DNA of 64,000 nucleotides, taken from NCBI GenBank assembly GCA_963675595.2, contig CAXXLZ010000001.1:512001-576000 (forward strand), given 5' to 3'. The translations under genes and the position numbers were made by a program. Origin of the DNA: Thermodesulfobacteriota bacterium (GTDB taxonomy: Bacteria > Desulfobacterota > Desulfarculia > JACQYL01). Positions 1 to 9,035 of the stretch are shown here, piece by piece. How positions within the stretch are numbered: position 1 is the stretch's first letter; every line of letters begins with the position of its first letter. The notes beneath the pieces are model-generated. The model was given only the letters and a program-made list of their open reading frames with translations. It was not told where the DNA came from and searched no databases.

Positions 1-173
1 ACCGCACAGTGCATTGAATTACATGACCCCGGCCCGGTTCGCGGCGAGCCCTTGGGGCCTCGACTCCGCCTCGCTCAGCTCGGCTTCGCCGTGGCCCCAA
101 GGGCCGGGGATGGAAAACCGCGAGTCATGATAAAACTCTCATAACTCCTGGACCAAAAACTGGGGGCTTGACA
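1..173 (+). mobile_element. Right end of an IS3-family insertion sequence (IS407-like), inserted into the neighbouring IS
   Basis: Frame from position 2 reads PHSALNYMTPARFAA..., a typical IS3 transposase C-terminus, and stops at 128-130. It is followed by ACTCTCATAACTCCTGGACCAAAAACTGGGGGCTTGACA ending in CA at 173, a typical IS3 terminal repeat. Confidence 0.8.
2..130 (+). CDS. IS3-family transposase, C-terminal fragment (5' part outside window)
   Basis: Manual translation: PHSALNYMTPARFAASPWGLDSASLSSASPWPQGPGMENRES*; matches the integrase-core-3 PHSxLxYxTP motif. Confidence 0.75.
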   Translation, partial: PHSALNYMTPARFAASPWGLDSASLSSASPWPQGPGMENRES

Positions 174-1076
174 GTTGCTCCGGAAGGCAGCCCGAAGAAC
201 TTGGCTGCGACACGCTACAATGTCCTGTGCGAGTCCGTAATGGAGCTGTTCGGGTGTGACCAACCCGATGCCTGAATGCCGATGCTCGGGGTTGTACCAG
301 GAGAAGAACTCCCGGCAGAAAGACCGGGCATCCTGGATTGATCCAAACCGTTTCGGGAATTTCGGGCAATACTTGAGGGTTTTAAACTGCGCCTCCGAGT
401 AGGGGTTATCATTGCTGACATAGGGTCGGCTGTGGGTCTTGGTCACTCCAATGTCTCCCATGAACTCGGCTACGGACTTGGCTTTCATCGCCGGGCCTCG
501 ATCCGCATGGATGATGAGTTGGCCGGACTTGATATCCTGCTTGAAGCACGTCTCTTCGATGAGTTGCCTGGCCAAAGCGGCGCTTTCCCGATGGGCCACC
601 ATCCAGCCGACCACGTAGCGGCTGAAGATGTCCATGATCACGTAAAGATGGAAATAGGTCCACTTCACAGGCCCTTTTAGCTTCGTAATATCCCAGGACC
701 ACACTTTGTTGGGTCCGGTCGCAAGCAACTCGGGCTTTTTATAGACAGGCCGCCGCGCCTGCTTTCTTCGCTCTTTGACATCACCGGATTCCGCTTTGAG
801 AATCCGGTACATGGTCCGGATGGAGCAGTAGTAATGTCCTTCATCGAGCAAGACGGCAAAGACCTGACGGGGAGCATCATCCTGAAAACGGGAGCTGTTA
901 AGCAGATCGACCACGGTTTCCCGCTCCCGGGGGTTCAGAGCCAAGGGAGGCGCCGGCCGCGGTGTGCGGGCCGCCGCCGGCTTCAGGCGGCGATAGAAAC
1001 TCGCACGGGGCAGGCCCATGGCTCCACATGCCTGCACGGTTCCTACCTCGGTGCGCAACTCCATCGCCGCGCTCAT
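174..1076 (-). pseudogene. IS3-family transposase OrfB (rve/DDE core), C-terminally truncated
   Basis: Motifs WSWDITKL, DIFSRYVVGW, HADRG, NDNPYSEAQFKTLK, YNPEHRHSGIG. After ...LRAAFRSN the frame runs into the inverted repeat of the second IS and stops fortuitously at 75. Confidence 0.85.
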
Positions 1077-1564
1077 GAACTGCTCCCGTCGTCGTCCAGG
1101 TCCGGCTGAGCGATCCCCAGTATCTCCGAGATTTTTTTTTGAACTTCGATGATGGTTCGCGCCTGTTTCAGTTGATTCTCGAGACGGCGGTTCTCCCTTT
1201 CAAGCCGGGCCACCCGCTCTCCCATAGGGTTCTTCTGCTTGGGCTTCCGGCCTCGCTTCTTTGGCCCAAGCGCACTCAACTGCCCCTGGTCACGTTGTCT
1301 ACGCCATGTCGCCAGACTCGAAGAATACAGGCCTTCTCGCCGAAGTAGAGCCCCGAGCCGGCCCGGTTCAGTACACGCATCGGCTTCCTCCAGGATTCTC
1401 AGCTTGTACCGGGCTGTAAATCTGCGACGAGGCTTCTTCTCTGGAACCTCCGGGTCGGGGACCGTGACGTGCTTCCCGATCGTGGTAACTCCGGTCGTCC
1501 TACGGACTCCCTCCGTTACCACGATTCCCTCATCCGGATTCTCTTTCTCTCTGTGCCTCATCAT
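1073..1564 (-). CDS. IS3-family transposase OrfA (HTH + coiled coil)
   Basis: RRRFTARYKLRILEEAD...LLRREGLYSSSLATWRRQ HTH; leucine zipper RLERENRRLENQL; ends EVQKKISEILG. Confidence 0.9.
   Translation of the reverse strand: MMRHREKENPDEGIVVTEGVRRTTGVTTIGKHVTVPDPEVPEKKPRRRFTARYKLRILEEADACTEPGRLGALLRREGLYSSSLATWRRQRDQGQLSALGPKKRGRKPKQKNPMGERVARLERENRRLENQLKQARTIIEVQKKISEILGIAQPDLDDDGSSS
1132..1140 (-). promoter_or_regulatory. Programmed -1 frameshift / slippage site (A9) joining orfA and orfB
   Basis: Nine T on + strand (A9 on -) at the QKK codons; the -1 frame is open and continuous with the orfB ATG at 1076. Confidence 0.75.
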
Positions 1565-1634
1565 GCTCCATCTCCTACCCGCCCTACACTAATTTATCAA
1601 CGGGTAGGTGTCTCACTCTCATTGGCACAGAGGG

Positions 1635-1898
1635 GCAGGATGGTTTACCGCTCATCGATACTCGCGAAAAGCAGAGAGGTTTGTTGATCTTGGTAATAAT
1701 AGAGAGCTAAAAAGGAAGGTTCGTAAGAGGCAGGTAAGTGGGCAGAAGAAGACAGAGTTTATGAACAGTTTAGATCGGCTTGGAATTAATTATGAATCAT
1801 TGTTCCCCGGTATAGAAGGAACGTGCCGATATGTCGACTGGCAATTCCATAAGAAAAATGCTCACCTTATTTTCAGCGGATCCCAAGAAGAGTCATGA
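1635..1898 (+). pseudogene. 3' remnant of an FRG-domain protein gene disrupted by the IS
   Basis: Reads AGWFTAH...LDRLGINYESLFPGIEGTCRYVDW immediately after the IS end, matching the FRG-protein C-terminal pattern (AQxGxFT...LxxxGIxxxxLFPGLxG). AT-rich compared with flanks. Confidence 0.65.
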
Positions 1899-2261
1899 GA
1901 TAAGGAGCACGGCAAAGTCGGAAATATGAAAGAAAGAGTGATGCATTCGTAGACTTCGGGAGTCTTGCTTTTTGATATCTTTCCTCTCGGCCAGGGCTCA
2001 ACAATCATTATCCTTTCCCTGAACATCGACCTTCGCGTAACACTCAAGAATACCTGATGAATACACAATCCGATGAAAGGGCCGAACATCCACCGAGGAA
2101 ATGCCCGGATTTACCGAAAGGCTCTCAGCGGCGTGTATCCGGCCCGTCTCTTTTGTGGAGGTGAGATTTACTAAAGAAAAGGCGGACGTTGTGATGCTCG
2201 ATGTGGAAAACCTTGCCCCTTGTACGCCGGGATCGGCTGCGTCCCGTTAGGGACGGAGCCC

Positions 2262-2294
2262 GCAAGGGGGTCCGGGGGAACCGTGTTCCCCCGG
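2262..2294. repeat. REP-like GC palindrome (GGGGGTCCGGGGGAAC..GTTCCCCCGG)
   Basis: Stem CCGGGGGAAC/GTTCCCCCGG preceded by GGGGGT; same architecture as the array unit. Confidence 0.55.
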
Positions 2295-2388
2295 AGGTCT
2301 TCTGAACAAAAACGCGCCGGGAAAATAGATCGGACCGAGGGACCGGCCGGGCATGGGACCGTGCTTCTTTTCCTCCTAAACCTTCCGA

Positions 2389-3465
2389 CTACTTCATCTT
2401 GCCCGCCCGAACCGCAATGAGTTCCGCCGCGATGCTGACGGCGATTTCCTCGGGGGTTTCCGCGCCGATATCCAGGCCGATGGGGGAATGCACGCCGGAC
2501 AGGGTTTCCTTGGACACTCCTTCCTCTTCCAGGGCCTGATAAATCATGGCGCGTTTTCTTCTGGATCCGATCATGCCCACGTAGGCCGTTTCCTTGCGCA
2601 GCACCTGGGCCAGCACTTCCTTGTCGTGAAGGTGGCCGCGGGTCACGATGACCACGTAGGCGTCCGGGCCGAGAGGGATTCCGTCCAGGATGTTGCCGAA
2701 GTCGCGGGTGTGCACGGAATCGGCCTGAGGAAAACGTTGAGCATCGGAGAATTCGGCCCTGTCGTCGAACACGGCCAATCCGAATCCCACTCGTTTCACC
2801 AGGTCGGCCAAATGAAGAGAGATGTGTCCTCCCCCGAAGAGGTAGACCATGGGGCGGCTGAGAAGCGGTTCGAGATAAAGCTCGGCGTCCGGTCCTGCGG
2901 CGGGCGGCATGCGCACCGTTTTGGGCAGGGGTGAGGAAAGCAGCTCTTCGAGATCGGCGGACAGGAGCACGGTGAGGTCCGGAGCTTGCGCGATAACGCC
3001 GAGGGGGTCTTCTCCTTCGACCAATAGGAGCTTACGGCCGGCGAGGGACCGTGCGGGTCCGGGCAGGATCGGCGTTACGCAGAGGGCTCGAACGCCGTGC
3101 CGGGCCGCTCGGGCCGCGGAGGCTGAAATATCCTGAGCCGTACCGTCCGATGCGAACCAGGGTTCGAGGTACACGTCCACGTTTCCGCCGCAGATCATAT
3201 CCATTTCAGCGACTTGTCGGCCGTTCATCCGAAAGCGGAACAATTCCGTGGTGGCTGAAGTCAGGACTTGTCCGGCCTTTTCAATCACCTCGGCCTCCAA
3301 CAGGCCGCCGCCGATGGTGCCGGAGAAGGAGCCGTCCCCACGAACCAGGAATCGGGTGCCGGCGGAGCGGGGAGCGGAGCCGATGCGGTTCACAATGGTC
3401 GCCAGGCAAACGTCCGTTCCCTGACGAAGTTCCTGGTGTATTTCAACAAAAATTTTGTCGGACAT
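2389..3465 (-). CDS. xdhC: XdhC/CoxI family molybdenum-cofactor insertion chaperone
   Basis: GSAPR, GTIGGGLLE, MICGG, FGGGHIS, VTRGHLHD, YVGMIGSRRK, PIGLDIGAETPEEIAVSIAAELI; probable ATG at 3465. Confidence 0.92.
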   Translation of the reverse strand: MSDKIFVEIHQELRQGTDVCLATIVNRIGSAPRSAGTRFLVRGDGSFSGTIGGGLLEAEVIEKAGQVLTSATTELFRFRMNGRQVAEMDMICGGNVDVYLEPWFASDGTAQDISASAARAARHGVRALCVTPILPGPARSLAGRKLLLVEGEDPLGVIAQAPDLTVLLSADLEELLSSPLPKTVRMPPAAGPDAELYLEPLLSRPMVYLFGGGHISLHLADLVKRVGFGLAVFDDRAEFSDAQRFPQADSVHTRDFGNILDGIPLGPDAYVVIVTRGHLHDKEVLAQVLRKETAYVGMIGSRRKRAMIYQALEEEGVSKETLSGVHSPIGLDIGAETPEEIAVSIAAELIAVRAGKMK

Positions 3466-3514
3466 AAATTTCAGGCCATCCTTCGAGCAGTTCGGACGGA
3501 GAAAAGATTGCAGA

Positions 3515-4297
3515 GAAGTATTCATTTACGGGGGAGGACTTTCGGGAAAGTCCTCCCCCGGACCCCCACCCAAAGCTTTCAGAGCAGGCCTCACCGCCTC
3601 CGGCGGAGAGGCTGAGGAAGCAATCCGGTTTGCTTACACATTCCCAACGCTTCTCACATCTGCTGAATCGGCGAAGGGGTTCCCAAGTTCGGCTTTGTCC
3701 CGGAAAGAACGGACCCCCCTGAATGCTCACGAAGTGTTCATTTTCGGGGGAAGACTTTCGGGAAAGCCCTCCCCCGGACCCCCACCCAAAGCTTTCTGAG
3801 CAGGCCTCACCGCCTCCGGCGGGGAGGCTGAGGAAGCAATCCGGTTTCTTGACTCATTCCCAACGCTTCCTGCATCCGCTGAATCGGCGAAGAGGTTCCC
3901 AAGTTCGGCTACGTCCCGGAAAGAACGGACCCCCCCCTGAATGCTCACGAAGCGTTCATTTTCGGGGGAGGACTTTCGGGAAAGTCCTCCCCCGGACCCC
4001 CACCCAAAGCTTTGTGAGCAGGCCTCACCGCCTCCGGCGGAGAGGCTGAGGAAGCAATCCGGTTTGCTCACACATTCCCAACGCGTCTTTCATCCGCTGA
4101 ATCGGCGAAGGGGTTCCCAAGTTCGGCTTTGTCCCGGAAGGAACGGACCCCCCTGAATGCTCACGAAGTATTCATTTTCGGGGGAGGACTTTCGGGAAAG
4201 CCCTCCCCCGGACCCTCCCCCAAAGCTTTCAGAGCAGGCCTCACCGCCTCCGGCGGAGAGGCTGAGGAAGCAATCCGGTTTGCTCGCTCATTCCCAA
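3515..4297. repeat. Tandem array of ~216-218 bp palindrome-rich units (3 full + 1 partial)
   Basis: Units start at 3515, 3731, 3949 and 4165. Each contains GGGGGAGGACTTTCGGGAAAG(T/C)CCTCCCCC, CCTCACCGCCTCCGGCGG(A/G)GAGG and, in the three full units, GGACCCCCCTGAATGCTCAC. Confidence 0.95.
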
Positions 4298-4309
4298 GGC
4301 CCCTCTCAT

Positions 4310-4418
4310 CCCGGTTGCGACGCGGAAGCGAGCAACCCGCTCAGAAAGTTTGGGAAGGGGTCTGGGGAAACCTTTTCCAAAAGGTTTCCCCAGCTGCCCT
4401 GTGAACATCAAGAAATTC
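4310..4418 (+). repeat. Family-1 palindromic element, diverged copy (inverted relative to array)
   Basis: CCCGGTTGCGAC..GAGCAACCCGCTCAGAAAGTTTGGGAAGGGGTCTGGGGAAACCTTTTCCAAAAGGTTTCCCC aligns with the reverse complement of the array unit. Confidence 0.8.
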
Positions 4419-4430
4419 TACAACGAAACA

Positions 4431-5411
4431 CTATCCCAACACTTCCGGGTTGAGACAATTGGGCGGCGACTTTTTGTCGATGAGCGACGCCTTGAGATTT
4501 TCGGCCGCCACGAGGCCCATGCGGGTTCGCGTTTCCACGGAAGCGCTGCCGATATGGGGCAGCAGCACCACGTTCTCCATGGTTTTGAGTTCGGGTTCGA
4601 TCTCCGGCTCCCGCTCGAAAACATCCAATCCGGCTCCCGCGATTTGCCCCTTTTTCAGCGCTTGGACCAAGGCCTTTTCATCCACCAACTCCCCTCGAGC
4701 CGTGTTGATCAAAAAGGCGCCGGGCTTCATGCCCGCCAGTTCCTTCTCTCCTATGATGCCCTTGGTGGTCGGTGTCAGGGGGGCATGGAGAGACAGGAAG
4801 TCCGACTGCTCGAGAAGGGCTTCCTTGGAAACATACTCGGCTCCCACCGTCTTTTCCAGTGAGGGATCGGCCGGACGGGTGTTGTGGTAGATGATTTTCA
4901 TATCGAAAGCGAAGGCTCTCTTGGCCACGGCGGAACCGATGCGTCCGAAACCCAGCAGTCCCAAAGTTTTTCCGTACACGTCCGTGCCCAAGAAGAGTTC
5001 GGGGGCCCAGCCGCGGTATTTTCCCTGCCGAGCATAGGCGTCCGCCGGCACGATGCAGCGGGCCAAAGCGAGGATCAGGGCGAGGGTCAGGTCGGCCGTG
5101 GTATCCGTGAGCACGCCCGGCGTGTTCGTTACCGCCACCTTCCGTTCCGTGGCGGCGCTCAGATCGATGTTATTGTAGCCCACGGCGTAATTCGCCACAA
5201 TCTTGAGCTGCGGGCCGGCCGCGTCCAACACCCCGGCGTCGATGCGGTCCGTGAGGAGCGGCAGGATTCCGTCTTTGCCTTTGACGCCTTCCAGCAGTTC
5301 GTCGCGGCTGAGCACTCGGTCGTGGGGATTGCATTCCACCTGGAAGAGCTGCTCCAGGAGCTGCATGGCGCCTTTCGGCAAACGTCTGGAAACAAAAATA
5401 CTGGGTTTCAT
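4431..5411 (-). CDS. D-2-hydroxyacid dehydrogenase (glyoxylate/hydroxypyruvate reductase, D-glycerate dehydrogenase type)
   Basis: AVGYNNID, TNTPGVLTDTTAD, GFGRIG, INTARG, GAGLDVFEREP, LPHIGSA; ATG at 5411. Confidence 0.93.
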   Translation of the reverse strand: MKPSIFVSRRLPKGAMQLLEQLFQVECNPHDRVLSRDELLEGVKGKDGILPLLTDRIDAGVLDAAGPQLKIVANYAVGYNNIDLSAATERKVAVTNTPGVLTDTTADLTLALILALARCIVPADAYARQGKYRGWAPELFLGTDVYGKTLGLLGFGRIGSAVAKRAFAFDMKIIYHNTRPADPSLEKTVGAEYVSKEALLEQSDFLSLHAPLTPTTKGIIGEKELAGMKPGAFLINTARGELVDEKALVQALKKGQIAGAGLDVFEREPEIEPELKTMENVVLLPHIGSASVETRTRMGLVAAENLKASLIDKKSPPNCLNPEVLG

Positions 5412-5443
5412 TGGTTTCTTCCCGATGGTTTCGATTCCGTGAG

Positions 5444-5554
5444 GAAAGTTCTTGTACGTGTTCAAGGGGTATTCGAGAAGACCTGCTGAAAGAGGTCTTG
5501 CCGAGCCCTTCCATGGCTTGCTGAACGGGTTGCTCGGTGCTTGTCGCAACCGGG
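5444..5554 (-). repeat. Family-1 palindromic element, diverged copy
   Basis: Reverse complement CCCGGTTGCGACAAGCACCGAGCAACCCGTTCAGCAAG..AAGACCT-N8-AGGTCTT aligns along its length with 4310-4418. Confidence 0.75.
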
Positions 5555-5598
5555 GTCCGGGGTGGTGGTGTGGTTCCCCCGGAGTCGGAGTGCGGACG

Positions 5599-6510
5599 TC
5601 AGACCAGCCCCCAGGCCTGGTTCATCACTCGCTTGGCATTGGCCAGCACGACCAACGGGTCCTGACCCTCCATGGGTTTCACCTCGAAACTCACCATGGG
5701 TCGTGCTTCGCCGCCCAGAAAGCCCAACTCGATCAGTGTGCGGAGAAACTCCACCATTTCGGGAACATCGTTCACACCGCCGGGGGTCCCGAAAATGGGA
5801 TGATAATCCCCGTAGGCCGGCATGCCCTCGGTGAGCACCGCATTGCCCAGGTGCACCGCGGCCAGGTATTCTTTGACCGGTTCCAGGGCCTGTTTGGGAG
5901 ACTCCTTCAGGAGCGGAATGTGGCTTAGGTCCACCAGGACGCCGAATTCGGCATGGTCGCGCCGAACCGCCTCGGCCACCTGCCGCGACAGGTCCGCGGG
6001 TCCCATGAGGCAGCACTTGTCCACATCGCAGTCGAATACTTCTGCCACCACCCTCGGGCCTCCCATGGAGGCGGAATAGGTGCAGAGTTCGCCGAGTGAT
6101 TTGACCAGTGCTTCTATGGCCCGGGGCCTATTCTCCGGACCGGGGTCCTTGCCGGAAAGAACCACGAAACTTTCCGCCCCCATGAACATGGCTTCGTCCA
6201 GGTGGGCTTTCAAAGCCTTGACGGCCGATTTCCTCTGATCTTCATCCAGGGCGTTGATATCGAGTTTTCCCCCGAGGATGGCCGGATGTGCTCCATAACC
6301 CACGGACAGATGGGCCAGGCGGATCAGTTCCCGGACTCTTTCCCGGACTCCGGGGTCTTCGATATGAGTGATCTCTATGGCGGTGAAGAAGGGGTCCAGG
6401 GCGATATGGCGGACCGTCTCTTCCCAGGGACCGTCCCCGCCCGCCAAACCCGGGAAAGCCATAAAATGAACAAGCCCCATTTTCATGCAGGCGTCGATGC
6501 TCCGATTCAT
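5599..6510 (-). CDS. Sugar phosphate isomerase/epimerase (xylose-isomerase-like TIM barrel)
   Basis: Metal-binding pattern E(VFD)...D(LS)H...H(LGN)...D(Y)H...(SF)E typical of AP-endonuclease-2 TIM barrels. Confidence 0.8.
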   Translation of the reverse strand: MNRSIDACMKMGLVHFMAFPGLAGGDGPWEETVRHIALDPFFTAIEITHIEDPGVRERVRELIRLAHLSVGYGAHPAILGGKLDINALDEDQRKSAVKALKAHLDEAMFMGAESFVVLSGKDPGPENRPRAIEALVKSLGELCTYSASMGGPRVVAEVFDCDVDKCCLMGPADLSRQVAEAVRRDHAEFGVLVDLSHIPLLKESPKQALEPVKEYLAAVHLGNAVLTEGMPAYGDYHPIFGTPGGVNDVPEMVEFLRTLIELGFLGGEARPMVSFEVKPMEGQDPLVVLANAKRVMNQAWGLV

Positions 6511-6540
6511 AGTCTCTCCGTGATAACGATTGCGTGGATG

Positions 6541-7374
6541 TCAAACCTCGATGGGTCTGAACGCCAGGACCAGGGCCATGACCACGTATACCATGGCGTC
6601 CGCCGCGGCGCCCCAATAGCGCGCGGTGATGGACATGATCATCCCCAGAGCGAAAGCGGCCAACGCCGTGCCGGTGAGGTTTCCCATTCCCCCGACGATC
6701 ACCACGGCGAAGCACAGGATCAGGATATGGAATCCCATGTACGGGTCCAGGGTGCTCAAGGGGGCGTAGAGCACTCCGCCCAGAGCGGCCAGCGCGCTCC
6801 CCATGACGAACACCACGGCGAAATACTTCTCCACTCGGATTCCGAGGCTGTGCACCGCTTCCTGATCCTGCAAACCGGCCACCACGATTTTCCCTACCAT
6901 GGACTTCTTGAAGAAGAGCGACAATCCTATGAAAATGAAGAAAGAAATAAGAATGATCAGAAGACGGTAGAGCGGAGCCTCCAGGGAGAGAAAACTCACC
7001 GTGACGCCGATGGGATCGCTGATGGGTAGGGGGTTCGGTCCGTAAATCCATTTGATGGCGTCCACACCGATGAGGAGTACGGCATAAGTGGCGATGATGG
7101 CGTAGTCGATGGACTGCCCGTACAGCTTTCGAATAACAAATCTCTCGATTACATAGCTCAAAGGGATGGAAACCGCAACTGCGACCACCGCACCGGCGAG
7201 AAACGGAAGTCCCACCGTGCTCAGCATGGTATACAGGGCGTAAGCGCCCACGGCGTAGATGAGTCCATGGGCGAAGTTGACGATTCCCATGGCCCCGAAG
7301 GTGAGCGAAAGGCCGATGGAGATGATGTACAGAATTCCGCCCATGGTCAGGCCGAAGAGAATGGACTGGAGCAT
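6541..7374 (-). CDS. livH: Branched-chain amino acid-type ABC transporter permease (LivH-like)
   Basis: GLSLTFGAMGIVNFAHG, FAVVIVGGMGN; hydrophobic. Confidence 0.88.
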   Translation of the reverse strand: MLQSILFGLTMGGILYIISIGLSLTFGAMGIVNFAHGLIYAVGAYALYTMLSTVGLPFLAGAVVAVAVSIPLSYVIERFVIRKLYGQSIDYAIIATYAVLLIGVDAIKWIYGPNPLPISDPIGVTVSFLSLEAPLYRLLIILISFFIFIGLSLFFKKSMVGKIVVAGLQDQEAVHSLGIRVEKYFAVVFVMGSALAALGGVLYAPLSTLDPYMGFHILILCFAVVIVGGMGNLTGTALAAFALGMIMSITARYWGAAADAMVYVVMALVLAFRPIEV

Positions 7375-7406
7375 ATCTTTGGTTTCTTCCTATGGGTTCC
7401 GTTTCT

Positions 7407-8327
7407 TCAGATTTGGCGGGCGTAGCCCCAGATTCCCTTGCGGAAGCGGAAGGCGAAAATAAGCAGGGCGACACCCAGGAACATTTCCCAGCGAATCAGG
7501 TACGAAGCGAGGTAGTTGCTGATGGTCATGAAGGCCGTGCCTCCGATGACGGCTCCGATGACGTTGCCCGCTCCCCCCATCAGCGCGGCGAAGATCACTT
7601 CCACGTTGCGCGTGGGGTCCATGAGGCTGGGGTTGGTGTAAAACAGGTTGATGCTGCTCAACGAGCCCGCAAAAGCGGCTACGGCTCCGGATATGACAAA
7701 GGTGATCAGCTTGTAGACGTAGGTGTTGTATCCGAGGAATCTCACCCTGATTTCGTTTTCCTTGATCGCCTTCAAAAGGAGGCCGTAAGGGGAGCGCACC
7801 AGCAGAACAATGAGGAATACCACGAGGAGCAGGGACCCCAGGCAGAAGTAGAATCGGAAGACTCGGTCCCCAAAGTCGATGAAGCCGTAACTGCTGAAGA
7901 ACAGGGAGAGACCGTCTTCCCCGCCCGTCCATTCCGGAAACGGAACCAGGACCATAAAGGCGCCCACTTCGTTCAAGGCCAGGTTCAGCAGGGCGAAACA
8001 CGCTCCCGTGGTCTTGACCACCACGCTTCCCAGAACAAGGGCCAGAATTGCGCCTACCGAGATGCCCACCGCCATGGCCAGGAAAGGATCGGGATGGACA
8101 AAGTTGGCGAACATGGCCGCGCCGTAAGCGCCCGCCCCGTAGTAGAGCATATGACCGAAGGAGAGTTGCCCCATGTGACCATAAACCAAGTCGAAACCCA
8201 GGACGAAGATGCAGAAAATGATGAAGTCCGTGATCTTGGCCAAGGACGTGGCATAGCCGAAAATAAGGAATCCCACGGCGATAAAGGTCAGGGTCAGGAC
8301 AGGAGATTTTTCCACTTTTGCAAACAT
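7407..8327 (-). CDS. livM: Branched-chain amino acid-type ABC transporter permease (LivM-like)
   Basis: GHMGQLSFGH, WTGGEDG, AIKENE, GGAG..GAVIG. Confidence 0.88.
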   Translation of the reverse strand: MFAKVEKSPVLTLTFIAVGFLIFGYATSLAKITDFIIFCIFVLGFDLVYGHMGQLSFGHMLYYGAGAYGAAMFANFVHPDPFLAMAVGISVGAILALVLGSVVVKTTGACFALLNLALNEVGAFMVLVPFPEWTGGEDGLSLFFSSYGFIDFGDRVFRFYFCLGSLLLVVFLIVLLVRSPYGLLLKAIKENEIRVRFLGYNTYVYKLITFVISGAVAAFAGSLSSINLFYTNPSLMDPTRNVEVIFAALMGGAGNVIGAVIGGTAFMTISNYLASYLIRWEMFLGVALLIFAFRFRKGIWGYARQI

Positions 8328-8342
8328 GAGTCGTCCTTGGGG

Positions 8343-9035
8343 CTACAGGTCTTCTTCGTAACAATGGGGCTGTTTGATCGTTGCCGCGTCCGTGATCTCG
8401 TTGGAGAACGCTCCTTCCCTCATCACGTAGATACGGTCCGCCAGACGGGAAACCGTGAAAAGATTCTGCTCGACCACCACCATGGGAATCCTTCCCTTCA
8501 TCTCGAGGAGGATGTCTACGATTTCCCCGATGATTTTCGCCGCCAGTCCTTCGGTGGGTTCGTCGATGAGCAGCAATTTGGGGTCGCCGATAAGAGCCCG
8601 TCCGATGAGGAGGATTTGGCGTTCGCCGCCGCTCAATCCTTTCGCCTTGGAGTCGAGGAGCTTTTCCATCTTCGGGTGGATGGCGACCACTTTCTTGATG
8701 GCGTCGGACAAGTTTTCCTTGGTGGGGTGAGCGGCGAGTTCGATGTTTTCCCTGACGGTAAGATCGCCGAACACTCGTTTGTCCTGGAACACGTACTTGA
8801 TGCCTTTGAGGGCCACCCGGTGCAGGGGTGTTCCGATGATGCTTTCCCCCATGAAGGAGACGCTTCCGGCACTGGGCTGTATGAATCCTCCGATGGTCTT
8901 GAGGAGGGTGGTCTTGCCCGCGCCGTTACGGCCCACCACGCAAACGAGCTCTCCTTCCTTCAAATGCATGGAGAGGTCGTGAATAACTTTCGCGTGTCCG
9001 TAATGAACATCGAGATTGGTGACTTCTAGTAGCAT
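8343..9035 (-). CDS. livF: ABC transporter ATP-binding protein (LivF-like)
   Basis: Walker A GRNGAGKTT, LSGGERQ, LLLIDEPTEGLA, VEQN. Confidence 0.92.
   Translation of the reverse strand: MLLEVTNLDVHYGHAKVIHDLSMHLKEGELVCVVGRNGAGKTTLLKTIGGFIQPSAGSVSFMGESIIGTPLHRVALKGIKYVFQDKRVFGDLTVRENIELAAHPTKENLSDAIKKVVAIHPKMEKLLDSKAKGLSGGERQILLIGRALIGDPKLLLIDEPTEGLAAKIIGEIVDILLEMKGRIPMVVVEQNLFTVSRLADRIYVMREGAFSNEITDAATIKQPHCYEEDL

Larger units (their letters stand above)
174..1634 (-). mobile_element. IS3-family insertion sequence (orfA/orfB), 3' end interrupted by a second IS
   Basis: Overlapping orfA (HTH) and orfB (DDE) with an A9 slip site. Left terminus (CCCTC)TGTGCCAATGAGAGTGAGACA on the minus strand at ~1609-1634; exact boundary 1629-1634. 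Confidence 0.85.

Noticed and set aside
75-173. C-terminal 32 aa of the 333-aa transposase ORF as genuine sequence
   Set aside because: It is read-through into the inverted repeat of the second IS.
1862-2089. 75-aa - strand ORF
   Set aside because: No motif or RBS support; overlaps the FRG remnant.
3515-4297. CRISPR array or protein-coding repeats
   Set aside because: Units are ~216 bp and similar along their entire length, with no unique spacers and no cas genes; the overlapping short ORFs change frame between units.
7392-9029. 545-aa + strand ORF
   Set aside because: Antisense to livM and livF.
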